In this document: piece after piece, positions 36,709 to 49,660 of the stretch
Numbering within the stretch: position 1 is the stretch's first letter
Layout of the letters: each line of letters opens with the position of its first letter
NCBI RefSeq assembly: GCF_008831285.2
Contig: NC_045138.2
Coordinates: forward strand, 43,214,001-43,278,000
Reading direction: 5' to 3'
DNA length: 64,000 nucleotides
DNA from: Nymphaea colorata
Taxonomy: Eukaryota
The notes under the pieces: generated by a model
The model's database searches: none
What the model was told of the DNA's origin: nothing
What the model saw: the letters and a program-made list of their open reading frames with translations, nothing else
Made by a program: the position numbers and the translations under genes

Positions 36709-39700
36709 GAGCTTGGTTTGTTGTTGGACTATCATAGAACCTCCCCATCAATCCTGGCTGCATCGCCTGAGACCCTCTGCGTTGCCCGTGTCTGCTGCTG
36801 CCCTCTGCTCCTCCGGCGCCGCCTGATCTCTTGCCTGACGTTGTTGCTTTTACCCAACGGAGTCACCTCCCACGTTCTGCCCGACATCGCCACTTCCGCT
36901 GCTGCTATTTGCTGTCACTGGACTGCCTTGGCAATGCTTGCAGAAGCTCCCTGCCGCTAATCGTCATCCCGCTGCCGCTGCCTTCATCTGTCTATCTGCC
37001 ATCGATGTCCTGTGCTGTTGTTGGTGCCCTTTGTTGATGTCAGTGCCGTTTTTTTGTTGCTGCAGCCTGGTTTGTGATCATGGCAGCGTCTTCCTCTTCG
37101 ACCATCAGCACTGATCAGACTGAAATGGGGGCTTATAGAACTGAGAATGTTCCGTTTCAGGTTACTACCATCCGTCTTACCAAGGAAAACTATCTTAAGT
37201 GGTCTACCGCCTTCACTATGGGTATAGCTGGTCGAGGCCATATTGCCTATGTGAATGGGAGTAAGGTTGAACCTACTGAAAATAGTATGGCTTGGGATAC
37301 TTGGTTTCTTGAGAACAACCAAGTAAAAATGTGGATTGTTAATTCAGTATCCTCAGACATTCAACCTCTCATTCTTCGTAAGAAAACTGCGAGAGATATG
37401 TGGATTATTTTTGAACAGATGTATGGTCAAAAGAAGAGAAAAGTTTGTGTGTATCAACTAATGAAGGACTTGTATGCTCTTCGACAAGGGGATCTCTCAG
37501 TCGCTGATTTCTACGCCGCATTAAAATCTAAGTGGGAGAATCTTGACTACCATTCTGATGATATCTGGAGTTGTCCTCATGACCAGATGCATTATATGAC
37601 CAGGGAGTGGGAGAATAGGATATTCCTTTTATTAGCCAGACTGAACGATGAATTCAAAAATATAAGGAGTCAGATTCTTAACTCTGAAGAATCATTCAGT
37701 ATTGAAGATGTTTATTCCCGTGTTGAAGCTGAAGAGCAAAGGCGGCTGGACATAAATGGGAGAAAGGGGGATCACATGTCTCACAATGAACAGTCAGCCT
37801 TTGTTAGTCGTGCCTCTATGGGAACTGCCCGTTCCTCCCATAAATGTACTCACCGCAAAAAACTAGGTCATGTTACGGAGTTTTGTTGGGACCAGCATCT
37901 AGAAAAGAAGAATAGTAGGGGGAGGTCTTCTGGTGGGAAGAAGCCTGTTTCGAATGCAATGAACCCTAGTGACGGTAAATTTTCTATTTCTACGGAACAG
38001 ATTTGTGAGCTGCGAGCATATTTGAGCCAGATTGATGTTGGTCAGGCAGACATGTCAGATGAGGTGCAGGTCAATCAGGCACTGGCCGTTTCGGGTGAAA
38101 AAGGTACTTCTTGCATGGGGGAGTGGATTGTTGATAACGGTGCCACTCATCACATGACTGGCAACCCCAAACTCTTTCATGACTACAAGCTATCCTCGGG
38201 AAAGGAACGTGTATCCCTTGCCGATGGTTCCTTTACCTCTGTGGCAAGAAAAGGGAGTCTTTATTTGTTGAACAATTTTTTAGTGCATGGAGCCTTGCAT
38301 GTTCCTCATCTTCCCTTAAATCTTTTATCTATTAGAAAGATTACCAAGGAACTGAACTGTGAACTTATCTTTTTTGAAAAACGTTGTGTTTTGTAGGAAT
38401 TGGTGACAAGGAAGAAAATTGGAATTGGTTTGCTGTCTGATGGTTTCTATCAGCTTCCTATACGTGTTGCTAGAGCTCTTATGTCAGTAGTTAGCAGGAC
38501 AGGGAAGAAGAAGGAAGAGTGTTGTCAGTTATTTTTGTATTGGCATGAACACGTTGGTCATCTCCCTTTTGGGATTTTGAAACAATTGTTCCTTAAATTA
38601 TGTTCCAGTTTGAACATTTCCATGTTATCTTGTGATGTGTGTCAGTTTGCAAAGCATGTTAGAGCTTCATATCAAATCTTAAATAGTTATGCTAATAAAG
38701 CTTTCTCCTTGATTCATTCTGATGTGTGGGGGCCCTCAGATATTCATTCTCGTGGTGGTTTTCAGTATTTTATGACTTTCATAGATGACTATTCAAGGTG
38801 TACTTTTGTTTATCTATTGAAAGACTGTAGCGAAGTGCCTCATATTATAGAAACCTTCATCCTCCTAGTGGAAAACCAGTATGGTGGGTCTGTCAAGACA
38901 TTCTGGTCCGATAATGCTCATGAGTATATGTGTCTCACTGTCGAGGAATTCCTTCGAAAGAGGGGGATTCTTCATGAGACATCATGTAGTTATACACCCC
39001 CTCAAAATGGAGTTGCTGAAAGGAAAAACCGTCAGTTACTTAATGTCACCAGAGCTTTATTGTTCCAAATGAATCTTCCAAAATATTATTGGGGAGATGT
39101 GGTTATTACTAGTGCCTATTTGATTAATCGCATGCCTAGTCGAGTGCTAAATGGTCGTACACCCTACTCCATGCTTCTAGGGAGTAGCCAACCTTTTCAC
39201 ATTCCTCCTCGTGTCTTTGGATGTGTGTTTCATTCATGACCACAGCCCGAATGTGAAAAAACTTGACCCCAAATCACTTGAGAGAATATTTATTGGGTAT
39301 TCTCCTACTCAAAATTCACATTGCCAAGGATGTCACATTCTTGGAACATATGTCTTATTTTGGTGAGAATTCTCTTCAGAGGGAGAAGTCAATGTCTAAG
39401 GAAGAGTATTCTCCAAGTCAGGAAATTCAGTTTACAGATTTTTTGGATTACAGGCACAAAGAAAATTGATCTGTTGAGGTGCTTGGAAAAGAAGAAGATG
39501 GGACGTCTGTTGAGGTGCATGAACAGGAAAGGGAGGGAGAGTGTTCTATGGGGATAGAAAGAGAATGCAATCGTCTATTTGGGCAGGTGTATTCTAGGAG
39601 AAGATTTTGTACTGACAAGGTGATTGATGGGGATAAGTCTACTCCGAATCTCAATCCTACTTCTTCCTTGGATGACCCAAGTCATGCTCAGAAGCAGCCT

Positions 39701-41125
39701 GTTGAGAGAGAAAGTCAGACAGAAAGTGAAAATGAGGATCTTCCCATTGCCATGAGAAAGGGTGTCAGGTCATATCCTCAACACCCTATTGGTAACTTTG
39801 TGTCTTATTCTAGATTGAGCACTAACTACAAACGTTTTGTATCCTCCTTGTCTGTGATTCCTATGAATGTTACAGAGGCTCAAAGTGACCCCAAGTGAAC
39901 TCATGCTATGCAAGAAGAGATGGAAGCCTTAGACAGAAATTGAACATGGGAAGTGGTAGAAATTTCTTGAAGCAACTCATTTGGTTGGGTCAAAATAGGT
40001 CTACACCATTAAGTACAAACCAGATGGAAATGTTGAGAGGTACAAAGCACGTCTGGTGGCCAAGGGGAGATCAGTCAGAAATATGGGATCGACTACATAG
40101 AGACGTTTGCTCCTATCGCGAAGATGAAGACCGTTAGAGTTATTATTTCTTTAGTGGTGCTGAAGGGTTGGGAGATGTGCCAACTCGATGTTAAAAATGT
40201 CTTTTTCAATGGAGATCTCGAAGAGGAAGTGTATATGTGTATGCCCCCAGGTTTTGAGAGACCTGAAAAATGCTGTAAGCTGAAGAAGGCCTTGTATGAG
40301 CTCAAACAGTCTCCCTGAGCATGGTTTGAACGTCTCAGACTTGTTATGAAGATATAATCCTAGCAAAGGACTTCTATATGTGAAACAAAGGTCTATTGAA
40401 ATTGAAGGGTATTTTGATGCAGACTGGGCAGGCTGTGTTGACATGAGAAGATCTACTTAAGGGTACTGTGTCTACTTGGGAGAAAATTTAGTTATTTGGA
40501 GAAGCAAGAGACAAGATGTTTGTTCCTGCTCAAGTACAGAGGCTGAATATAGGGTTGTTGCTACTGGAGTATCAGAGTTGTTATGGCTAAAGATCTTGCT
40601 GACTGATATTGGGATAGAAACTGAAGGGCCTATGAAGATGTATTGTGATAACAAGTCTGTGATTAACTTGGCTAATAATCCAATGCTTCATGATCGAACA
40701 AAGCATGTTGAGATTGACCGTCACTTCATCAAAGAAAGAATTGATGTCAAGGAGTTAACATTGCCATACATGAAGTCTGAAGATCAAACTGCTGATATTC
40801 TGACTAAAGCGTTACATGTAACTCCATTTGAGAGAAATGTATCCAAGTTGGGCATGTGTGATATGTATGCCCAACTTGAGGGGGAGTTTTGATGGATCTT
40901 GATGTATGGGTCCGGGTCTGGACCCGATCCAGTGAGTCCTGGTTTGGGCATACTTATACCATTGTAAACCATATTTCATGTTAATGAAGTTTTCTAAGAG
41001 AGAGAGGGTTTGGCAGCTAGTGGGTACCAGATCTCCTCACCCGTGGTTTTTTTTCCTCTAGTTGAGGGTTTTCCATGTTACATCTGTGTTCGATCTTCGT
41101 TTTTTGTACGTCTATTATTTCTACA
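36709..41125 (+). mobile_element. Ty1/copia element lacking its 5' LTR, with disrupted gag-pol and a 3' LTR (~40888-41125)
   Basis: gag 'IRLTKENYLKWS', zinc-knuckle remnant, protease 'WIVDNGATHHMT', integrase 'LIHSDVWGP...TPPQNGVAERKNR', RT '[19 protein letters not shown]', RNase H 'SSTEAEYR...RTKHVEIDRHFI...ADILTK'; PPT TTGAGGGGGAG at ~40877-40887. The RT core including YVDD is deleted at ~40350. Confidence 0.9.
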
Positions 41126-41329
41126 GTCATTATTCATATCACTATGCACACTAAATGCACATCCTACTTATTTTCTTATCATTATCTTTTACAAGATCAA
41201 GATGGTATTCAAGCTTATCTGCAAGCTAGTTGTTAGCACCACGTTCAGACAACAGAGGAATCCCAATGTCTGTGAAGTCAAGAAATAGGAAGAGCTAATT
41301 CAACAAGGTGTACACAAGTGTTTCAAAAT

Positions 41330-42280
41330 TCACACCATGGTGCACACAGGTTTTTTAGATTTGTAGTTCAATGCATAGAAGTTTTTCAAGTTTCAATGCT
41401 TACAAGTTTCCCAGCCACATACAAGCTTTTCAAATTTTGCACATTAGTGGACATGAGATTTTTCAATTTCTCACCAACATGCATATAATTATTCAAATTC
41501 ACACGTCAGTGCACAAAAATGTAATCATATACAAGTTTTCCAATTCTGCATGCATGCAAGTTTTTCAACATGAGTGCTTCGACGCATTCAAATTTTCACA
41601 AGTTTCTAAAATTTGTGCTTTGGCACAAGATTTCACACTACTTCAATACAACTAAATTTCACAAGTTTTCAAAATTTCATGCTTCGACGCACTATGCTTT
41701 GGTGCATACAAGTTTTACAAGCATTGGTATAAGATTGGCAACCAAAGTGAACATTTCCTAGTATAAGTTTTTTGAGCATCAGTGCCTACAAGTGAATGTA
41801 CCAGCTCGCACAAGTTTTTCAAAATTCTCATGTGCTGGTATAAAATTTTGCGCTTTGGTGCCCCCAAGGGAATGTTCCAGTGCATAAAATTTTCACACTT
41901 CGGCACACACAAGTCTATATCTTTTGGTGTAAGATTTTTTGTGTTTCATGCATGCAAGTATACACATTTTGGTATAAGATTTTGTGCTTCTACACCCCCA
42001 AGTGAACATGCCTTGATATAAGATTTTCACGCTTCAGTGCACACAAGTGCATATACTAGTCGACATAAGTTTTAAACTTTGGTACTATAGTATAAGATTT
42101 TCACACTTTGGCACACCTAAGTGAACGTGCCCTAACATAAGATTTTCATACTTTGGCACACACAAATGAACATACCATTGTGTAAGATTTTTGTGCCCCG
42201 GCACATATAAGTACACACACTTCAACACACATTTTTACACCTTCGTACACATTTTCATGTTTCGGCACACACAAGCACTC
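41330..42280. repeat. Degenerate ~45-bp tandem repeat array
   Basis: Unit ~TATAAGATTTTCACACTTTGGCACACACAAGTGAACATGCC; clearest spacing 42092/42137/42182; a weaker related patch lies at ~43300-43440. Confidence 0.75.
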
Positions 42281-43499
42281 TAAGTACCAAACAATTTCTA
42301 TTTCCTTGAAGAGCAAGAAAATTTTAGTCAATGATCTGATAATCGTCAAAAAATGAAAGTTTTGATAAGACTATGTTACAAGCCAAGATGAAAGATCAAA
42401 GAAATAGAGGGAATCAAAAGTCTAGGAAATACCACTAGCTTTGATCTCCTAGTAAAACAAGAGCTTATTAAGTATCAATTGAAGGACAGGAGATTGAGTA
42501 GACCTGAGCAAAATAGGTAAAATGTAAAAAAAAAAATGGGCATTGATAGATGGGCTCGAGGCAAGTATATTAGTTTCACTGGATTAGTTCTTGAAAGTAT
42601 CAGGTAAGCATAAAGTTGATTTGCATATATTCTACGAAATTGTACGATCTATGAACATTTGTCAAGTTATGTCTTCTAAAGCCTTCTGAGCTTGAACAAG
42701 TAAGTCCAACGAGTGTTATGAAATTGGTACCCTAAGGTCAACTAGTTTGGGAGCTATCAATCCAAAACTCATTACATGGGTTCAGCAGAAAGCCCGATAA
42801 ACATAAAATTGCACATGACAAAGCTACATGATTATCAAAGCAATGGAGGCTTGTAATATCCTATGGGTTGGTGAGATATTTCCCATATGGGTAAAGTTCA
42901 GTTTCAAATATCAAGAACGCAAGAACACAAACAAAGAAGCCAAAATGGCTAAATTGAAGAATCAAAATGAGCAAAATGTCTGCCTAAAAAATCAAGGGCA
43001 ACCAAGTCCAAGAATTCTCTAATGATAAAAACACAAGTATCTTGTGATTACAAAGGGAATTGGGATAGTGAAAAATCTTGCACTAAGAAACCTTAGGACA
43101 TAAAGAGCGACTCTTCATTGTCTTATTATTTGGAAATAAAAGAACAATTGCCTTAGATGATCATAACATTGGCTGAATAGTTTTTGACCTTACAGGAACT
43201 AAATCATGCAAGTTCTTACAAGATACAAGAGATACAAGCAAAGAAATTTTATTAAATTTTATTTGTCCACAAGTATTTTACAAACACTCACTTTTTGTGA
43301 GATTTTTGCACTTTGGCGCAAACAAGCATACAAGCACATGCATTTCATTGTATGAATTTTATAAGCACTTTCACAAGCACTCACATTTTAGGTGACATTT
43401 TCATGCTTTGGAAAGAATTTTCAAGCATTTTCATAAGATCGCACCAGTATTCACACTGGGAATTTTCTATTATATATTTTTCAAAATGGAAATTTCTTT

Positions 43500-46400
43500 A
43501 AGAAAGTCTAATTTCAAAAATATCATTATTTTTAGGATGGATGTTTGGTCTTTGCCACTAACCACGGCACCCGGCTCAGTAGCAAAGTAGGGTATTTGTG
43601 AGCTCCAAAAATTTTTACATGTTCAAATGACCATTTTACTCTTTACTATTGATTTTTAAATGGATCTTCAAAGACAAAATTTCAAGAACAAATGGCCATT
43701 TCTAAGCCAAAAAAATACTTTTTGCACCAGCATTGAACACCCTAAAAATTAGTAATTTTCCCCTACATCCTCGCATCTCGACCTAGAAAGTAGAGATTTT
43801 TCACCAAAGTTTTGAGAACTGCCCAATAGTTGGGCAATTAGGTCATTTCTCAACTTTACATGACCCTAAGAGTCACTAGAATAAGCTCACAGTGTTACCC
43901 CAGTCTGAAGCCCACTCCCTTATAGTTCAAATCAGCTCGTGAAGCTCAAAATTGTGATCTTCACCTCAATCAAGTTAAAACAAGTTTAAGTTAATGGAAA
44001 GAAAGCTTTATTTTCAGTTAATTGTTGCTACTCCTTTAGCTCAGTTTGACTTCAACTCATTTTCGAGGCCATAAGGCTTATTCCTAGTATTTGCTACACT
44101 CCATAAATTGTTGTCAAGCTTAATTTTGTAAAATTGGAGTGAATTTCTTTGATTTTCAGCATGTCACCACAAGTAAATAGCTTTTCAAAGCACCCTCAGG
44201 TCCTCCAATGAAAATTCTAATAAAAATAGGATTTTATGGCATTCTTTGATTTCCCTTTATAAATGTGTCGTATATGGCTAGGTAAAAATTTGTTCTTTGT
44301 TCTTAGAGCTATTTAGGAAATTTTTTTCAACAAGATTGATTTTAACTGGAGCTTATTTAGGAACAAGGCTATAGGCTGGTTCAATGAGATTGGAAAAATT
44401 CACCTGGAACTTCATAAATACATAGGGGCAAAATGATAATTTTTTGTTGGATCATATTCTTTTGATTTATGATTTTCTTTGAATCTAGAACCTTATTTCA
44501 AGCCCATCCTTTCATTTGGAACACGTTTTAGCCCAAGATCACACACAATGCTATTTTGGTGTATTTCATGCCTATTTTTATAAAACCTAACTTAAGAACC
44601 GTATGAGCCTAAGTTAGCATTTCATATAAATTTGATCGACATGATAGTCCTGAGCACAGACTCAGCTTGTCCCAATTCCTCATTAAAAATGAATTTTCCA
44701 ATGACACTCCGAGTTTGAGCATGCACCTAGACTAGGTTTGAACCCAGTTTTTCAAAATTGAACGTAACTTAGGTCCAGTCCATGTCATGTAGTGAACCCA
44801 CCTAGCCCAGCTTAAGCCAGGTCCGGGTCGATGCCATTTTCATATCTCCATTTCATATATTAATGTCTTATTTCCATGTCTAGATCTCACATCCAAGTCT
44901 TAGATTCCATCTATCTTTATAGATCCATATCCATTATTTCAATTTCAGATCTTGAATATCGAATCATAGTTCAAGTATCAATACCATATCCAGATCCATC
45001 ATCTAGAATTTTCTTTAGATCTGGATCTGGATTTGAGTCTTAGCATTAAACCTAGATTCATGATCCACATGTGACCTTGCACATTATATCTAAAAAATGT
45101 ATCGTGATTTTCTCACTCCATGTTTAATGTTAGTTCACATATAAGCATTTTAAACATGAAAAATTCTTTACTCAGCACTATGGTGTTGACAGAATCAAAA
45201 TCAGCATCTAAATGTAGTTGGAACAAACATTTTTCTTATTTATATCAAGTCTTAGAATAAGGTTTAAAAGTGTGTTTTCTTCTCTTCATATTCTCATGTC
45301 GTTCATTCTCCACACTCAATGGCAATCTGAATACTTTATGAAGAATCGAGCAACAGTACTTTTTCATGCACATGTGGTTTTATATGCTATTGAATTGGAA
45401 GTTTGGATGAGATCACAGTGAGCAAAACTCTAATTGAAAACTTGTTTTAACCAATAGTTTTCAAGTTTTGAGAGGAAAGAAAGTAAAAAGTTTAGATCTA
45501 GATCAAAAATCTCAAGAGAGGTCCCCCCCCTCTCCCTACCATAAATAGAGTTCTCATCTTCTCTTTCAACACACACTTGAGCTATGTCAACAGAAGCCCA
45601 TAAAGTTGGTAAAATTGCAATTGGGTACTCAATAAAATGTTCAGCTCAAAACAAGTTAAATTTTAGAGTCTTGGTTCCGGCTGCATTAGCACTCAACCTA
45701 GACCCAACCAGACTTGGTGTTGGGGCCATGGAGCTGGCTTAACTAGTGTTTTTTCTTTATGCATGTTTAGTTTAATTTTCATTGGCTTTAGCATGTTTAG
45801 TTTAGTTTCCTTTTTGCTTTTAGCATGTCTAGCTGAGTTTATTTTTCTTAAATGCTTTGATAATGTTGTAGTTTTATCATGTCTTATTTTCTAGATTATA
45901 TTTATTTTAATGTTTTTAGGGTAGGCATAGTAGTCAGGTATGCCACTCTCTTCTTTGTCTTTCTTTAAAATGCTTTCTTTTGTTTACATTGTTTTACTTA
46001 AAGCATGCATATAGAATATAGTTTTCTTTCATGCTTTCTTTAATCATGCATTGCACCTCTGTTTTAACATGTACTGAACCACCTTGGATCCACATGCATC
46101 CCTTGTTTAAAACTCGACTAGGTCAGCACAGTAGCATCCATTGTGCGCATTAGCCTAGGTATGTGAAAACCTGAATCTAGCCTAGTCCTCATACAAAAAC
46201 CATTTCAAAATCATAGTTTTCCAAAATATATCTAGAAATCAACTTCTTTAAATCATTTTAAAAAACTTAATTTAGACTGGTATTAGAGCCTACTACGTAA
46301 GAACCTAGTCTCATAACATAGATTTAGTCAAACTCTTTTAAACACTTGTTCATATGAAATGAAAAGTATACATTATGCATCACATAGTTTAACCAAGACC

Positions 46401-47441
46401 AAACATATTTACTATAGTAAAACCTAGCCCTAGGTAGGTTTAAACCAAGTGTAGGTAAGATTGATCCCAGTTCAATTGACCAACCTACCCCTAGCCTATT
46501 TCGATATTGGAACTTAATTCAAGTTATTCGATTTAAATCATGACATGCACTAGATATTCAAGTTATTCAAGTTATTCGATATAAGATTGATCTTATATTG
46601 CTCTAGAGCTTGAAATTAAACCTAATTCTATTACATGGGATTTTAAATCTCAGGCATTGGATTTGAGATCTCAAGTATTGGATTAAGGAACATGGATTAT
46701 GAATCTTGCATTTTGGATTTTGATTTCAAACTTTGGAAGTTGAATCAGATTTCATGTACAAGTCTCAAATCACAAATCTCATATTATGGATTATAGATTT
46801 CAAATTTCATTCCCCAGATTTTGGATTTTTTGTTTTAGATCTTGGATTTTAGATTGAATTTCGAAGCAAATGAGTGTCTGATTATAAAAGATCCAATCAT
46901 GGATACAAGATCCAAACTTGCTGGATTTCTTACCTTACAGTTTGGATTAAGAGTTTTATTGACAGCATATGAGATCTTGGATTTCTATGACATTGCTTGT
47001 TTCAAATTTAGAACAAGAATTTTATAAATCTCTCATATCCTAATCTCAGTTTTTTGTTTTAGATGCAGATTTCCATGCTAGGTCCATATCCTACACCCAA
47101 GTTTCAACAAAGTCCACACTATAGGTCTATATGACCAAGTTTTTGCATGCATCAGGACATCAATTTTCATTGATCTATAATAATCTAGACATGGACAGAC
47201 TTTAGATTAATGTTTTCTTGTTATCAGTCCATTTCTAAGATCTATTTGTATTTTAAAACATGCATGATTTCAAATCTAAGGTATGTTTGCTTTAATAGAT
47301 TTGGGATGACTCTTAGACTTAGGAATTGAAACATTTATTACCTTGGTAAAGGCACCAAGAATGGTCAGGACCTCATAACAACAAGTCAGGTCTCGTCTCT
47401 CAAAATTTTGCAATTTTGCACAAGGGACTGAGGCGTGTACA
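43500..47441 (+). mobile_element. Probable LTR or non-coding part of a large LTR retrotransposon
   Basis: Non-coding; ATAAATAG at ~45541 followed by a CT/CA-rich start; ends in GGCGTGTACA, an LTR-like end. No TSD or 5' boundary confirmed. Confidence 0.3.
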
Positions 47442-47519
47442 TGTATTTTATTTCATTTATATTGTCTACATGTAAGATCTAAAAAAATTACATGTAAATA
47501 GTACTGTAAGAGATCCAAA

Positions 47520-49660
47520 CGTTACAAGTTTTATCACCCAACTAATAAGTCATTTTTTAGATAAAAATTGTTCATTTTTTTGAGGATGTTGAGTTTGGGG
47601 AAGAAGATAAAGTAGAAAACATTGCCTTTGAGGATGATCCAGATTCTCCTCATATAAATGTTCTAGGAAATGGTCAAGCCTTTATTCGTAAAATTATTCT
47701 ATCAACAAATTTGGATGAAGGCCAGGACGATGATATTGTTATTCAAACCACCAAAGAACAAACCCAACAATATCAAAAAAGTCAAGTAGAGGTGCCACTT
47801 ACGAGGTAGGCTAGAGAAAGGAGAAGTGTTGCTTCAAATGACTATGTTATCTATCTCCAAGAATATCAAAATGGTACAGACTTAATGTAAGATGGTCTAA
47901 TGAAGTTCCAACAATGCAATACAAAGTTCCAAATCTAAAAAATGGTTAGATGACATGAATGACAAGATAAAGTCTATGATGAATAATGATGTGGAGGACA
48001 TTGTCTTGTTACCTAAAGGTGTGAAACTCATTAGTTGTAAATGGATACTTAAAACCAAAAGAGATTCATCATATAACATTAAAAGTTATAAAAAACACTG
48101 TGTGGCAAAAGATTTCACTAATAAAGAATAAATTAATTATACATAGATATTCTCTCTAGTTTCATTGAAAAACTCTTATATAATTATTATGGCACTAGTG
48201 GCCCATTTTGATTTATAACTACAGTACATATGTAAAGATAGTGTCTCAAAGGCAACATTCATGAGACAATATATATGGTGAACTAGAAAATTTTGTTTCA
48301 AGAAATGCAAAGGAAATGGTTTGTAAACTTATGAAATTCTTTTATAACATAAAACCATTTTCCTATCAATGGTATCACAAATTTCATTAGGTTGTTCATT
48401 TGTCTTTAAGACTAATATGCTTGATGCATGCAAATATTATAAGTTCTGTGCACTGAATTTGTTTTTCTAGTCTTGTATGTCGATAATATATTGGTTGCAA
48501 GCAAAGGTTTAGACTTATTGCACAAAACCAAGAGATTTATATTGACAAAATTTGAAATAAATGATCTTGGTATTGTCTCTTTTGTATTAAAGATCTAGTT
48601 ATTTCTAGATCATTTGATAAGAAATTCATCTATGCCCAAGTTTCTCATTAATGGTAGCACAAATTTCATCAGGTTGTGGTTTCATTTGACTTTGAAACTA
48701 ATTGTGGTTTCATTTGACTTTGAAACTAATATGGCTGATGAATGTGTGTATTATAAGTTTCTGTGGGGGTAAATTTGTTTTTCTAGTCATGTATGTAGAT
48801 GACATACTGCTTGCTAGTAACGATGTAAATTTTCTACACATAACCAAGAGATTTCTTTCAATAAAATTTCAAATAAAAGAGATCGATAATGTCTTTTTAT
48901 ATTACGGTTCTAAGTATTTCAAGGCCATTCTTGATATATTCTTAGATTATTATAAAAAAAGTGATATCGATAGGGTACTACAAATATATGTTGTAAAAGA
49001 ATGTAAACCAAGAGATACCTCTATTGTTGAGGGTGACAAATTCAATAATAGTCAGTGTATCAAGAATGAAGTTGAAACTAAAGGGATAGAAAGGATTCCA
49101 TATGCAACTTTGGGGAGTCTGGTATATGCTCAAGTCTATACTCGTCCAATCATTATATATATCATTGGAATATTGGGCACGTATCTAAGCAATTCTTGTA
49201 TGGATCATTGGAGAGTAACCAAAAGGGTAATGCAGTATCTATAAATAACAAAAGATTTCATGCTCATATATAGGAAATCATATTAGTTGGAGATCGTTGG
49301 ATACTCAGAGTCTGACTTTGATGGGTGTCAAAACATTCATAGATCCACTTGGGTTATATTTGGTGGTTGGAAGGGCTAGATCATAGAAAAGTGTTAAGTA
49401 GACACAAGTAGGTACTTCCACCATTGCAGCAGAGTTCATAACGTGTCATGACACATCCAATCATGTATATGACTTCAGAATTTTGTGATAGGGTTGTACA
49501 TTGCGAAAGACCTTTGAAGTTATTTAGTGACAATAATTCAACAGTTGAATATTATAATAATAGTTGTACTTCATCAAAGTAGTGCATATCAACATTAAGT
49601 TTTTGGTTATTAAAGAAAGAATATAAAATTTTGTCACTTGATTATGCAGGTTTAGTGGGA
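47520..49660 (+). mobile_element. Decayed Ty1/copia RT-RNase H fragment with a duplicated RT segment
   Basis: 'FFEDVEFG', 'KGVKLISCKWILKTKRDS', 'FVFLVMYVDDILLASND', 'IPYATLGSLVYAQVYTRP', 'HWRVTKRVMQYL', 'GYSESDFDG', 'STIAAEFI'. Confidence 0.85.
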
